A stretch of DNA of 62,980 bases, counting the filler, from Welwitschia mirabilis (lineage: Eukaryota), in the NCBI GenBank assembly GCA_051453625.1. It is 6 parts of one record of this genome, joined end to end, with 100 filler letters (N's around TTAATTAATTAA, not from the genome) between each part and the next. Parts side by side here need not be neighbours in the genome. Positions count along the whole stretch, not along the records: positions 34,254 to 46,500 come from JBOZIK010000001.1; positions 46,601 to 51,205 come from JBOZIK010000001.1; 4 more parts are not named here. One strand, given 5' to 3'. Each line of letters opens with the position of its first letter. Position 1 is the first letter of the stretch. Position numbers and translations under genes: made by a program. A model generated the notes under the pieces. That model was not told where the DNA came from. It ran no database searches and saw only the letters and a program-made list of their open reading frames with translations. Positions 34,950-48,759 of the stretch are shown in pieces.

Positions 34950-36425
34950 GATAGAAAAATTCAATGTAAAAAATTTTCATTAATGATAAGTTAAAATGCA
35001 ACTTTTATTAATTTATAACTATGTGAAAAGTTACTAATGGAAAATTTTGAAAACCAAATGATATTATAAAGGAAGCAAAATATAAAGGCTTGGATGAAAA
35101 GACATTTTTATTAATTGGCATTGGTTTTAAAAATGATTATCTACATGATCCTAATTTAACTAAAACTCCAAAGAAAGTTCAAAAAAAACTAAATAAACTC
35201 TTTGGCTCAAGTGGAAATGGAGCTAAGTAGGATCTCAAACATCAACTATCTATTTTAAGAATAGATGAGCTTGGAGTTATGAGTTAGTATATTAAGTAAT
35301 TCAAATATCTTTCACATAACTTACAACAATAAAATCCAAAATTGGTGATAATGATGCAAAGCCCATTTTATTAAGCAATCTTTCATCAAAATATAAGAAT
35401 ATTATATTAACCTTAAAAATATATCATGCACATTTGAAAGTGTATTTTTTATACTTCTTAATAAAACAAGAAGAATGAATTAAGATGAGAAATGAGTTGA
35501 TATATTAATTACTAAGAGAGAAAAATAAAAAATCTTAAAGATAAAAACTGCTTCTATTTTCATAAGGATAGACATCTAGCCATAAATTGTTGTTAATAGC
35601 AAGAGATCTTCTTGATGTCAAATTAATATATCAAATTTAGTTGTAAAGGAAAAACATTAAGAAAAAGATGATTATATAGAAAAACCTATGCTAAGTGTCT
35701 TCCAAAATCATTCCAAGTTAAGTATTCCAACACTCTCCATATTGACGTTCTAAGATGTGTTCCAAGTTATTGTTTAAGCTTGTTCCTAAATAATTCCAAG
35801 TCAATTTCATATTATTTTAAGAATTGTTTTAGGTGTGTATCAAGTTTCAAGTTTGTTCCTAGCATATTATATCTTGTTACTAGCTCTTTTAATAATTCTT
35901 TGTGATATATCTAGGCTCTATTCCAAGATTGTAATGTTATGTCCTTAAAATATTAGATAATTAACATCAAAGGAGGAAGTATTATAGATATAGTAGTTTC
36001 AAATATATATTTTTTTAAGAGGGTGATCCAAGTAGGTAGGTGTATGTCATAACAATACCTAATGGCAATCGAGGCCATGCAAACTGTATGCTCCTACCAA
36101 TCTAGTGGTTTGAACATGGGACTCTGTGATTAGTATGTCCAAGACTTCACTATTATGGGAATTGATCTTGGACTTTAAATATATATTTTCAAATAACACA
36201 TCATGTATATTCTTATGTATCTTCAATATCCCTTTTCTTCTTCCATCTCATTCTTCACTTTCCTCCAAATTAGCTTTAATCCCTAGTTCTTACTTCGAAA
36301 TACTATGCTTACATTTTGTTACTTACATCTATAGTTCTACATGTTTAAAGAATGAAATGAAATTTTCAAGTTATTTTTCATTGTTTAATATTTATTCTTT
36401 ATTGGAAACCCTTCTTACTATGTAA
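34950..36425 (+). mobile_element. Highly decayed copia gag remnant with PPT and probable 3' LTR
   Basis: KIGDNDAKPILLSNLSSKYKNIILTL (UBN2-like, ~35338-35415); knuckle remnant CFYFHKDRHLAINC (~35548-35590); purine tract AAAGGAGGAAG at ~35969-35979 only ~400 bp later. Confidence 0.5.
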
Positions 36426-36959
36426 ATTATTGTTTTACAATAGAACAAGAAACCCAAGCATGATTTAAAATTTAGATTTAACAAATAATGATGTGTTAAT
36501 AAGGTTGTTATTGAAGAAGGAAAATAGATAGGGTTTGAACAACTATATATTAATTGTAAGTAATAATCTTTTTGTAAAACTTGTGGGAACTATTTTTAAA
36601 GCAAATATTGATAGATAAACAAAGAGAAATAAACTTATGTAATGTCTCAAACAATGTTTTGGCCATGTTCTTTTATGATAAAACATATCATCACCTTAAA
36701 GCATCTTATTAAAAAAGATAAATGTCTAGATAAAAGACTTTCATTTTCTTTGTGAGCTTCTCTAAAGCATATGATTTAACCTTACAAAATTATACTTTGG
36801 AAATGATTTCAGAATATTGAAAGTAAATCACCTTTATTATTGTAATTAAAAAGTTATGTAGAAAGGTATGTTTTATGTTCACAAATAATATTTCCCAAGA
36901 AAGCATGATTTTTCATAGTTTTATCAATGTTAAGAAATATCTCTCTTCCTCCCTCTCTG

Positions 36960-36960
<1 letters not shown>

Positions 36961-37018
<58 letters not shown>
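36961..37018. repeat. (CT)n microsatellite at a gap edge
   Basis: Perfect CT run. Confidence 0.95.
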
Positions 37019-37020
<2 letters not shown>

Positions 37021-38012
37021 GTNNNNNNNNNNNNNNNNNNNNNNNNNNNNNNNNNNNNNNNNNNNNNNNNNNNNNNNNNNNNNNNNNNNNNNNNNNNNNN
37101 NNNNNNNNNNNNNNNNNNNNNNNNNNNNNNNNNNNNNNNNNNNNNNNNNNNNNNNNNNNNNNNNNNNNNNNNNNNNNNNNNNNNNNNNNNNNNNNNNNNN
37201 NNNNNNNNNNNNNNNNNNNNNNNNNNNNNNNNNNNNNNNNNNNNNNNNNNNNNNNNNNNNNNNNNNNNNNNNNNNNNNNNNNNNNNNNNNNNNNNNNNNN
37301 NNNNNNNNNNNNNNNNNNNNNNNNNNNNNNNNNNNNNNNNNNNNNNNNNNNNNNNNNNNNNNNNNNNNNNNNNNNNNNNNNNNNNNNNNNNNNNNNNNNN
37401 NNNNNNNNNNNNNNNNNNNNNNNNNNNNNNNNNNNNNNNNNNNNNNNNNNNNNNNNNNNNNNNNNNNNNNNNNNNNNNNNNNNNNNNNNNNNNNNNNNNN
37501 NNNNNNNNNNNNNNNNNNNNNNNNNNNNNNNNNNNNNNNNNNNNNNNNNNNNNNNNNNNNNNNNNNNNNNNNNNNNNNNNNNNNNNNNNNNNNNNNNNNN
37601 NNNNNNNNNNNNNNNNNNNNNNNNNNNNNNNNNNNNNNNNNNNNNNNNNNNNNNNNNNNNNNNNNNNNNNNNNNNNNNNNNNNNNNNNNNNNNNNNNNNN
37701 NNNNNNNNNNNNNNNNNNNNNNNNNNNNNNNNNNNNNNNNNNNNNNNNNNNNNNNNNNNNNNNNNNNNNNNNNNNNNNNNNNNNNNNNNNNNNNNNNNNN
37801 NNNNNNNNNNNNNNNNNNNNNNNNNNNNNNNNNNNNNNNNNNNNNNNNNNNNNNNNNNNNNNNNNNNNNNNNNNNNNNNNNNNNNNNNNNNNNNNNNNNN
37901 NNNNNNNNNNNNNNNNNNNNNNNNNNNNNNNNNNNNNNNNNNNNNNNNNNNNNNNNNNNNNNNNNNNNNNNNNNNNNNNNNNNNNNNNNNNNNNNNNNNN
38001 NNNNNNNNNNNN

Positions 38013-38056
38013 ACACACACACAAACACACACAAACACACACACACACACACACAC
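38013..38056. repeat. (CA)n microsatellite at a gap edge
   Basis: Interrupted AC run. Confidence 0.9.
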
Positions 38057-40580
38057 AAAAAAAAATACATATACATAAAATCTCCCACTCATTCCATACA
38101 AGTAGGGAATTTTCATGCGAATCTCTTTCTTTTTATAGATGATGTAACATTGATTTCTAAAATAAAAGAAAATTTATAATACATGTTGCATATTTTTGGA
38201 TAAATTTTGCTAAAATAAAGACTCATGTTCAAAAGGAAAAAGATATGATTTGTGGCATGTAAGATATTAATTCCTCCCACTCTTCTCTCTCCAAAATAAG
38301 AAATGAATAGAGCAAAATGATTCCCTTATATAAATGCTTTGGCTTAGAATATTCTAATAATTACATATAGGATGTTACTATAGGTATGCAAGCCTTATTT
38401 TCCTTCAAAAAAATTGTAAAAGATATTTAATTTTGTATTGGAATATTCATAGATAACTTTTTCATAGTACTATTTAGGCAAATATTCTAAATGATTATGT
38501 TGTTTGGATTTTTGATTTAGTAGATTAATATTAGAAGAGAATGTATAAAGCGCAAAAATTCTTCTTATTAGAGGAATTCAATGTAAAACATCGAACTTTG
38601 TATGACATTATTACTCAATTTACAACTTATATCCATAATCTCTTAAATTCCATTATTAGTAAATTTTCTAAAAATTTGTTTGATGTTAATAAAAATGTTC
38701 CTTTCATCATGAAAAGATTCATCTTTAAAAAATGGAACATTCAAGAATAAATATTTTAGTGTGATTCTAAACAATTGAAAAACTATAAAGGATTTGGAAA
38801 AATATGAAAGGAAATAAGCAATTTTTTACCAATGAAAAGTAAGTTGAACTTAGTTCAAATTGTGATAGGACACAAGGTTTAAAGATTTAGCATAATAAAA
38901 AGTTAGAAGTTTTCAAATAAAATATCATTTATATTAACTTTTCAATATAGCATTTGATACTGGAATTCAACATGTGATCATATCTTTTCTTTCCTTCTTC
39001 ACCTACAAATATTGAGTTAGTCTAGAGTTACCCTCTCCCAGCTCAAACTTTTATGTCTCTCTTTGTCATTATTAGCTTTGGAATCTCTGATAATCTAGAT
39101 TACATTCTGACAATAAGCAAGAAGAGCCTACCATGTATTTTCTATCCTTTTATAGCCATTTCCTATCCACATCTTTATTGAGAAATAAAAGAGTCCAAAA
39201 GCAAGAGCATAAGATTCCCAAAAAGTAAATTTTCTTTCTTCTCAACTATTTCATCGAAGAGCTTGCTTATAAATTCGAGCACACTACTAGATTTTCATTA
39301 GGGCTTTCATGTAGCCTTAGGCGTGACACCACTAATATTCTTATAAATCTTAGCAATCCTGTGTCAAAATAATGCAAATATAACATAATGCACAAATAAA
39401 TTTGTCAATATATGTTTCTATTTTATACAAAAAGGAGATGTAGGATGTAGTATAACATTTAATTTAATAAGTCTATATTTTATATTTATTTATCTCCTAA
39501 CAATTTTAGACATAAACAATCTCAAATGATGAGTTAAAAAGTATCTTATTTCATAATAAATTATTCACATCCTTTTGACCTGGTTGGATGTCATCATAAG
39601 CCTCTTTCACTTTATACTACTTTTCTCTCCATGTTCATTTACCACTCCTTTAACTCACCATTGTTTAACTTTCTCTATGTCCCTTCATAGAGGTGAAGAT
39701 TGAATGATTTTTAACACTTTAAATAAATTAATATCACCATATAGATGTTTGAATTTTGTAACTTCAACACATGGCTTAGTTATTTGTAATAATTGCCATG
39801 TTAATTTCCCTACTATTACATACTAGGATTCTAATAGATATTTTAATTCTCAACCTCCATTCTTGCAACTTTTGTAAGTCACCTTTCAACTGATAGTATT
39901 CAATGTTATTGTACTAATATTTTCCCATTAAAAGTCTCTTTCCATCCTCTCTAAATGATTATTCACTATTATGTAGAACATGACACTACATAAGGTATAA
40001 AGACCACATGATACTTTGCATGAGATGAAGCCTCCTTATCTACATCTTTCATTGTCAATTCCGCAATTTTATTTAAATAACCTTAAAGGAGGCATCTAGG
40101 GGAAAAAACCACTTATTTAAATGATACTATTTCTTTTCACTTGTGGATCCATGGTAGGGTGTATGGCTTCAAATTCCTCAAGAAGATTGTACATTGCATC
40201 TATGTTACTAGAATGTTATTAAACATGAATACTATACCTTTCTTAAATTTCCCTAAGTAGATAATGTATGGAAGAAATGGAAAATGATATCTCATAATTT
40301 GGTTGATTTATTTTACTTTTACTTTGAACTTTGGATAAGTTTATAAATAAAATCTTTCTAGCACATGTCATGTACATTTCTCTTATCTAATAGACATGTT
40401 GAATATGGTGGATCCTAAAATACCACAAGGAGTTTAAATGATCAAGGTAAAAGACCACAAATAAATAGTTTAAATATAATAATTAATAATATAGATCAAA
40501 AAAATAAATTTACAAATTTAATAATCCAAACAAATAAAGCCACTTAGGTAATAATAATCATTTAGCTACTAAGGCAACTT

Positions 40581-40792
40581 CTTCTTGGCCACACAAGCTC
40601 TTAAATCTACTTAGGATTTCTTCTAGACCACATAGGCTTTTATGTCCACGTAGGATTTCATCTTGGCCCCATAAGCTCTTATATCCACTTAGGATTTCAT
40701 CTTGGCCACACACCCTATTATATCATTTTAAGATTTCTTCTAGGCCACACNNNNNNNNNNTTAATCATACAAGCTCTTACATCCACTTAGGA
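40581..40792. repeat. 39-bp tandem repeat, about 5 diverged units, spanning a 10-N gap
   Basis: Units such as CTTCTTGGCCACACAAGCTCTTAAATCTACTTAGGATTT and CATCTTGGCCCCATAAGCTCTTATATCCACTTAGGATTT. Confidence 0.85.
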
Positions 40793-41570
40793 CATCATTT
40801 GCTTCTCCATTTTATTTTACCATCTCATTTTCACTACTCCATCTTCTTTTACTACATCATTGTTCTATAAGGATGGAATTGTTTCTTATTATAAATGCTT
40901 AAAGGAATGTGGCTTTTGACAAGAGATATAATGTTTGGTTAATTGAATTTTTGAAAATGACTTAAAATTTAACAATACATATGAATGTGATTATAAAGTC
41001 ACTAGAGAAGTATTCTAATAAGATCCCTAAGATTGTTATGCATGTAATAATATGTTTCAATTTTTAGCTTCCACAATATTCTTAGTTAAAAACTATAACC
41101 CTACTAATGAAGGGGTGATGTCAAAACTATTAGTGATCATACCTTCCCCTAGAAGTAAAACCACTATAATTACTAAAACAAATGATTTAATTATGGCCAC
41201 ATTCCAACTTGGATGGATTAATAGCCTACACTATTCCCATTACCCTTCAACAATGGCAACCACCTTACCCTTGCGAAGGCATTCAAAGATTTGAACACAT
41301 GACCTTCTAAATAGAAGATGAATATCCCACTAATTTGATTGCCACTCCATTAGCACATAATCCTCTTACTTAAAATGTAATTGATTGAGAGAATTAGGAC
41401 CTACTTACTAACATTTTGTTTATCATATTTTATAGTATCTTTTTGCATTTTAAAACTCATTTCTTATATTAAATAAATCAAATAATTTAAGTAAGATATG
41501 CAAAATCAAAAATAATTAAAAAATTCCCCAACTTTCTAAAGAAGGGGAATGCTAAACTCGAAATTTTTAG

Positions 41571-42060
41571 TAACTGTACCTTATTTTAGAGGTACATCCC
41601 TTATGATTACTTAAAATAATTGATTTAATTATACCCAAAGCCTTGTAGTTTGCTAAGTAAGGCATTCAAAATTTTAAACCCCTACCCTCCTAAACTAAAA
41701 ATAAATGTCTTATCAGTTAAATGACCACCCCATTAGCTTAACCCTTTTAGAAAAATTAGTATAAAAGTTTAACAATTACAAGATAAATAGTATTAGAACT
41801 TTGTCCCTTATTAAGCATTTTACAATCTATTTTAAGGTTCTCTCAACCATGTATATTAATACTTCATTTATAAAAAGGATATTGAATTTAAAGCATTTTG
41901 TACTTGTACCTCCTTTATAAAGTACAACTAGCATGATCACCTAAATGAATAATTTAATTACACCAAATGGTTCACTATGGACTAATAAGACATTTAAAGC
42001 TTTAAAACCCCCAACCTCTTGAATGAAGGATAAGTGTCTTACCAGTTAGACTCCCACCTC
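41571..42060. repeat. Diverged direct repeat, period about 330 bp
   Basis: 41571-41731 aligns with 41901-42060 (TGTACC, ATTTAATTA, TTTAAA(A)CCCC, TGTCTTA.CAGTTA). Confidence 0.65.
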
Positions 42061-42329
42061 ATGGATAAGACTTCATTTATAATAATAAAGTAGTTAACAT
42101 TATAACTAAAGTTGGAGTCTAATGTATAGTGTAGTTGGTCTAAGTCATGTTCATGTAAATTGATCTTTGAGATATTCAAACCTATAGTTGTGGGGGTGGT
42201 GGTATTCAATATAAGACAAGATAAAATCCACATTATAACAGAGCTTAAAAAGAGAGAAAAATACTAACCAAACCCCTAAGACGATAATATTAAAATAGTT
42301 ACAACCTAATAAACATTAGATTGCAAAGT

Positions 42330-45300
42330 GTTAATAAAAGGATCTTTGATAACTCCTTTTATAGTTTTGTATTAAAGCCTAACTGAAGAAATGATAAGTA
42401 TTTGATCCCCTCTAGAAAAGGTGTCAATCCGTCCCCCTGAAAAAAGGCCTAATAATGATGCTTCCAGAGAAAGAACATGCTTTCTATAAACAAAATCTAC
42501 CACCCAACATTAAATTGATTCCTAAGAGCATCTTGCATTAGGATAGAAAAAGGGTAAGAAAAAGAAACTCCAAACATGTTAAATAACCAAGACAAAAGCT
42601 ACTTAGCCATCTGACAATCCCAAAACACATGTTGAATGGACTCACTCATATTACAAATTGGGCCTTAAATGGGGTCTGCCATGCTAAATCAAATTTGTTT
42701 ACTAATCAAGAGACCTTGATGAAGAAGAAACCAATAGAAAAACTTGAGTTTTGATTGCACTTTGGATTTCCACAATCTGTAAAACACATCCTTCCATTTA
42801 TCCTTTAACTAATCTAAATTCCAATTCTTATTTTTTTTGGCCTAAAGTTCATACTCATTTTTCAACTAAGAGTAATCCTTTGAAAGAGAAAAGTGACACA
42901 TTTTTTGACCATTTGTCCACAACCCTTCATCTATCCAAGAATCTTTGTTAATAAACCCATTGAAATTATCCAAAATGAATTCCACATGTTTAAGAAAGGG
43001 AATAACTCCCATTTGTAATAGCCATTGGGCTTTATAATATTGCCATATAAAGGATATGGCTCCTTGATTCTTAACTAATAGTTGGCTTGTGTGAAGAAGG
43101 CTTTTTTCAGCCAATGAACTAGCTTTAGACTTGAAGTTTTGAGCTAAAGGCATGAAATTGAATTCAAAAGCTAGGAACCACCAAAAGAGTGTAAATTCAA
43201 ATTATTTTGAGAGAGACCTTGAGGCTTCTAAGTAAGATAGATTTTAACTTTATTCCAATAGCTCCAAATTTGCTGGAAGACCTAAGAACTTAATAGCTTT
43301 ACTTTCTCCTTGGTCACAATCCAGTTACACCGTGAGAGTTATTCTAGTAGAAAGAGGATTAAACCTTTTCTTTAGAAAAGTAATGTCTAAAAAGTACCTT
43401 CCAAGCTTCATCTCCTTGGGAAGATTGAATAATCCATTTAGAACCTACAAGATAACCTTGTCTGACAATAGAAGATGTTGTAAGACCTCTAATAGTTTTA
43501 TCTATAAGATAGATATCCTAGGCTACATGATGAAAATCTTTATGATTTTCCTTATCACCCCAAAGGTAATACCAAAGAAGCTTGTTAATAAAATCTATAG
43601 CCTTCTTTGAAGGAGTCATAAAAGAGACATAATGGATTGGAATTGCACTAAGGATATGATTTGTTACCATTAATCTTCCTCTAAGAGAATGGGGCTAAGA
43701 AGCCCGCTTAAGGATCTTATTTTGAACCTTTTTTACTACATTCTGCTAGATAGAATTAGGAGTATCTTAAAGAGGTAAGAAAATTCCTAAAAGAGAAAAT
43801 TTATCTATTAGAGAAAGCCACTTAAAAAGAAAATTGTTGCACCAAGAAGGTTAGGGCGAAAGAGTACTTCTGATGGCTTGAGTTTTATCCATATTAATTT
43901 TGGAATCGGACACCTCATAGTAGATGGAAATCACTTCTAAAGTAGCTAGGACATTTTGCTCACTTTCCTTTAGAAGAAGAAAGGTATCATCAGCAAATTA
44001 ACTATGAAGGACTTTAGAATCATCTATAAGTGAGACTCCTCTTAGAAAGAAATTATGCTTCTTAGCATTAAGCATGACTCCTAATGAATCTACTATAATG
44101 ATGAAAAGATAAGGAGCCAAGGGACGACCCTGTCTAATATATCTGCTCATCTTGATATGAGGAGTGAATTGACCACTAATATAGATAAAGGATCCTGCGT
44201 CTAACAAAAGCATTCTTATATCATCTTCAAAAATACCTCAAGATCATGATGCTTGATGAGGCATAAGATATAAGTCCAATCTAGTGTATCATACACTTTG
44301 AAAAAATCTAGTTTCAACAATAGAGATTTTGGAAAGAAGTTAAAGCCCAATTCATGTATTTCATAGCTTTAACAACATTGCATAAAATATATTTGTTTTT
44401 CACAAATGCAGTTTGCTCCTTTCCAATGAGATTAAGGAGAAAGTTCTTTAATCTATTAGATGTAGCTTTTTTATAATAATTTTGAAGAGAACATTTAACA
44501 AAGTGATTGATATTAAATTATTGATTAGAGAAGTAATACTGAACTTAGGGATAAATTTAACTATGATGTATTCAGTCTTACCAAAGGAACCATTACAAAG
44601 AGCTTTTAAGTACACTTGATAAGCATCATTAATTATATATCTCCAAAAATGATTAAAGAACTCTATAGGGAAGCCATCTATATCTATAGCTTTTCCATCT
44701 TTTAATTGTTAGAGAGTAGTTTCAAGCTTAACCTTTGATAAATAATTGTTGCTTTCAAAGATAGATTTGTTAAAAGGAGGAGTTGCATTAAGACAAAGAT
44801 TTAAACTTTCCATGCAAATTGAACCCTTCTTAAAAATTCTTGAATAGTGAGAGTAGAACTCTAAGAGGATGTCTTCCTGGGTGATGAATAACCCTTTATC
44901 TAAGTGAATGATATCCATTTAGGGGAAGGAAGAATTTCCTTTTAGAAAGTCAAAAAACTCAAGAGAAGGTCTATTACTCATACGAACTCAAGATAGATAG
45001 GCTCGATGTTGTTACCCGCAAGTCTCATGATGCTTGATATGTTGTATCTTGGATTTAGTGGAGAGTAGAATTAAAAAATATGAGTTCATACCATTTTCCC
45101 TGTTGACTATAGATTGGTAAGTCTGAATATTAGAAAGGAATTCCATCTTAAAATGCTAAGAATTTCTAGCTGAAAGCCTTCCAAAGTTCTTAGCTAGATG
45201 TTGGACCCTAATAGAGGCATTGTTCCATCAGTTAATTCAACCATTATTGTTAGTGGATCTTAGAGATAAGTTCCAGAAGCACAAAATAAGATTGCGCAAA

Positions 45301-46421
45301 GAGTGACTTCGTAAAAAGAACATGTTAGAAATAGAAAGGTCTTAATGAAAGGAGGTAATTCTACAGCTTTGAATTAGCTAAGAGATTAGAAAATGATCAG
45401 ATAATTCTTGAGAATAATCCACTTAGACTGATAAACCTTTTTTTTGACTAAAAATACTATGTTATTGTTGGATAAGTAAGCTTGATCAAGGCAAGAAGAG
45501 ATATATGCCATACCTGTTCTAGCATTATTCCAAGTGAACCATCTTGAATTACTGGAATTTCTATAATTATAAATACCATCCTAAAGATTAAACTCATTAT
45601 TAAATTAAATTTAAGCTGATAATTCTGAAATATCTAGCCCCCAAACTCTACCTTCTATATTATCACAAGAGTATTTAACCATATTAAAATCACCAGTCAT
45701 GATCTAGATAGACTCTGGTAAGCTTTGAATAAGCCAAATCCATAAATTAGTATGGTCTTAACCTTGACAAGGAGCATAAATACATAAGACACCAAAGAGA
45801 TTGTTTCAGTGGTTGATGCAGATCCAAACACAGTTCCCATTATGATCTCTACCTGAATCTATGATATTATTTGGAGAAAAGTTATGAAGAATAAGAGCTA
45901 CTCCTCCTTTACGATTATCATGATTGTTAAAATTGAACCAGCCATTACCAAAAATATTCTAACAAAAGGATTTAAGGATAAAGCCTTGAATTTTAACTTC
46001 CTGCAAAAAAAAATTACATTTACTCTTTTGGCCAATATTTGGTTTTGAATTATTCTTTTTCTAAGGAGGTCCAAGAGGCCCTCACATTCTAAGATATGCA
46101 ATTCATGTTGAACAACTTGGATGAATATCCTCAACCTCTAACCATTTAAAAGAGTTGATTGATTCAAAACTATTTCTTAAATGTTTGCTTCCCTTTTGGG
46201 GTGGGAGACCTTTTACATAGCTATTTCATGTTAAACTTGATTTCCCTCTTGCATCTGAAAGGGATGATTTGTTCTTCGTGACTAAAGCATAGTTTTTTTA
46301 TCCTATTATGTGGCTAAGATTTGCTTGAGCAATAAGATTACTAATTCCCTTTAACCCCATTTTCCTATGATGCTGTGATTCCTGTATCTGCTGCGAAGAG
46401 AGATTAAGCTATGAGTTCTCA
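42330..46421 (-). mobile_element. Decayed L1-type LINE with near-complete ORF2 (APE endonuclease, RT, zf-RVT)
   Basis: IS*NVR (~46090), FLQEVK, CIYAP, IMTGDFNMV, FTWNN, LSDHFLI, GKAIDIDGFPIEFFNHFW, EQTAFVK, KLDFFKVYDTLDW, IRQGRPLAPYLFII, FADDT (~43990) and ESIQHVFWDC (~42630), all in order, with many stops. Confidence 0.9.
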
Positions 46422-46500
46422 TGTAATGCCCCAAATTTTAATACAATGATTAGATCTCTAATCTTTGGAATTTATTTTGTTTAAACATTATTGGGTTATG
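46422..46500. mobile_element. Probable gypsy-type LTR terminus, cut by a gap
   Basis: TGTAATGCCCCAAATTTT resembles common gypsy LTR starts; only 79 bp visible. Confidence 0.35.
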
Positions 46501-47695
46501 NNNNNNNNNNNNNNNNNNNNNNNNNNNNNNNNNNNNNNNNNNNNTTAATTAATTAANNNNNNNNNNNNNNNNNNNNNNNNNNNNNNNNNNNNNNNNNNNN
46601 CAGAATGGAGTCTAATGAGCAATAAGCCTTAGATGCTCAGATTCATCATCATGAACTACAATCAGATACGTTTACAATTTCCTAGTTCAGTTCACCATAC
46701 AATCATAGAGGAAGGAGTATTTCTATAGATTTGATACTTAGATGATTTTCAATAGTTTTGTACGCCAAAACAATTTTAGGGACTGTATTTTTAAGAAACT
46801 TGTAAATAGGAAACCCTAAGGAAGGTCATTTTTGATATGTGTGCCATCAGGCACCATCTCCTAGCTGTTCTTGCTTCATAATTCGCGCCCAATGTCTATC
46901 TTAAAGTTTTTTCCGCGGCAACGAATAACTACCTAAACATCCCACTCGAAAAGGACGGATGTCCCATTTTTTAAAATTCCTCTGACAGAGAACTAAGACA
47001 AAGGCCAGACGTCCTAGTTTAAAATTCGGACATCCCACTACGTTTGACAGAACACATGCCCAGACGTCCCAGGTTGAAGGGTGGACGTTCGAGTACTATA
47101 TTTCGAGCATAGGTCCGGATGTCCCGGGATGAAGGGCGGACATCCTAGTATTGATTTGATTTGGCCTGATTCTTTTACTTCGCGCAACCAGATCTTCAGT
47201 TGAGATACAGTTCCTGGTTCTACTTCCATTGTTCATCATTGAAATATGCCATACCAACAATCTTCCCCTTTTCAATAATAACAATTTGCGTGAGACAAGA
47301 AATGCATGCCACCCCTTACTTCATCATTTGATTTGAATGTTGTCATATATTCATTAATCTTGATACAAACAACTATCTATATACATATCTAGAATAATTA
47401 GCTTAAAAAAATGAGGAAGATATTTCCCATAATAGATAATAGATCATATTTGGAGCAAATATAAATATACATGCATATGACATATTTGTGTAAATAAAAA
47501 CGAAAAAAAAAAATTATATAGGCACAGAAGGAATTGTTATATCAAAAACTTGAGCAGTCATACAAAAGTGATTTCAATATAAGTACACAAAATATTATCC
47601 CCCTTTGTCATAATTGAAAGTACAACAGGTTAGATAGGAAGAAGGAGAGAAACAAGAAAATGAAGAAAAGAGAAGAGATGAGAGGTACAAAAAAG

Positions 47696-48759
47696 CTATT
47701 TAGAGGACTCATCATGATGAGGAGAAGATGCGGGCTCTCGTTGATCTTCTTCTTCTTTTGAGTCTGGAGGAATCTCAAGACCAAAAGCGGATAACCCGAA
47801 AACCATATGATCTATTTTCTTATTGAGTTTGTCTACAGAAGATTGAAGACTCTGAATGGCTTGGAAGAGAAGTTCATTGGAAACTTGTCTTGAGTTAGAG
47901 CTTTTCTTTGTACGTTGTTTCTTCTTTGGAGGAGGAGAGTGCCCAATGATATCAGGAAAAATGTTCATCTTTTTTAACGAGTAGGAACGAACAGGTTTTG
48001 GTACGTTGATTAGTTCTTCATCTTTCTGAATAATAAATTGATGATTTTCTAAAATAGCAGTGATTAAACCTCCAAATGGCAGACTTGTGTAATTGGCAAT
48101 GAAAAATTGGCTGATATAATACATAATAAATTTGTAGAAATTGATTTTGACTCCGATTACCAAACAAAACATGATGTAAGCACATAGTGGTAAGACTTCA
48201 TCTTTGTGTCCTAGCTTACGAACTAAATTATGTGTGAAAATTTGAAAAATCACACGATAGAAAGGTTTTAACTGATTTGTAGGAATCTTAGCACACCATA
48301 TTACTCATTTTCCACACAGTTCTTCTGTGATAACTTCATTGGACACTACTTCTTGAAGAGAACTTACTGAATTTATTTCACGAAAGAAGCCATCATTTGG
48401 AAAACTGGTAATTAAAGAAATGGCTTCTAAATCTATTTCTATTGTTCTCCCATAAACCTTAGAAACTAGTTTCAATTTGTTTTTTTATAAAAAACACCGT
48501 TGTAGTAGATCAGACATACCATCTTGACGGAAGCTTTTGTGTTAGGATTAAGAGCATACATCCATCCTTGTTTTTTGAATTTGGGTGCTAGTCTGAGCTC
48601 GTGTCGGAAGGGCTCATAATCTATTGTTCTCCCAGGTGCTATTGGCCTCTTCGGGAAACATCCCAACCAATTCTTCCTATGTTCTAAGGATTGAAACTAG
48701 TCAGCTTCTGAAACTAGTTCCTTGCCTTTTCTGGAGGTGGAGAACTTGGATTTTACCAT
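47696..48759 (-). pseudogene. Sirevirus env-like extra ORF, disrupted
   Basis: Starts MVKSKFSTSRKGKE at 48759; fragments FKKQGW..MVCLIYYN and SLPFGGLITAILE; C-terminal coiled-coil-like LFQAIQSLQSSVDKLNKKID; lies between RNase H and the PPT. Confidence 0.72.

Noticed and set aside
36854..38179. Long ORFs of 345-434 aa
   Set aside because: Made of a 990-N gap plus CT/CA microsatellites.
40581..40792. CRISPR-like periodicity
   Set aside because: Contiguous diverged units without unique spacers, no cas genes, eukaryotic context.
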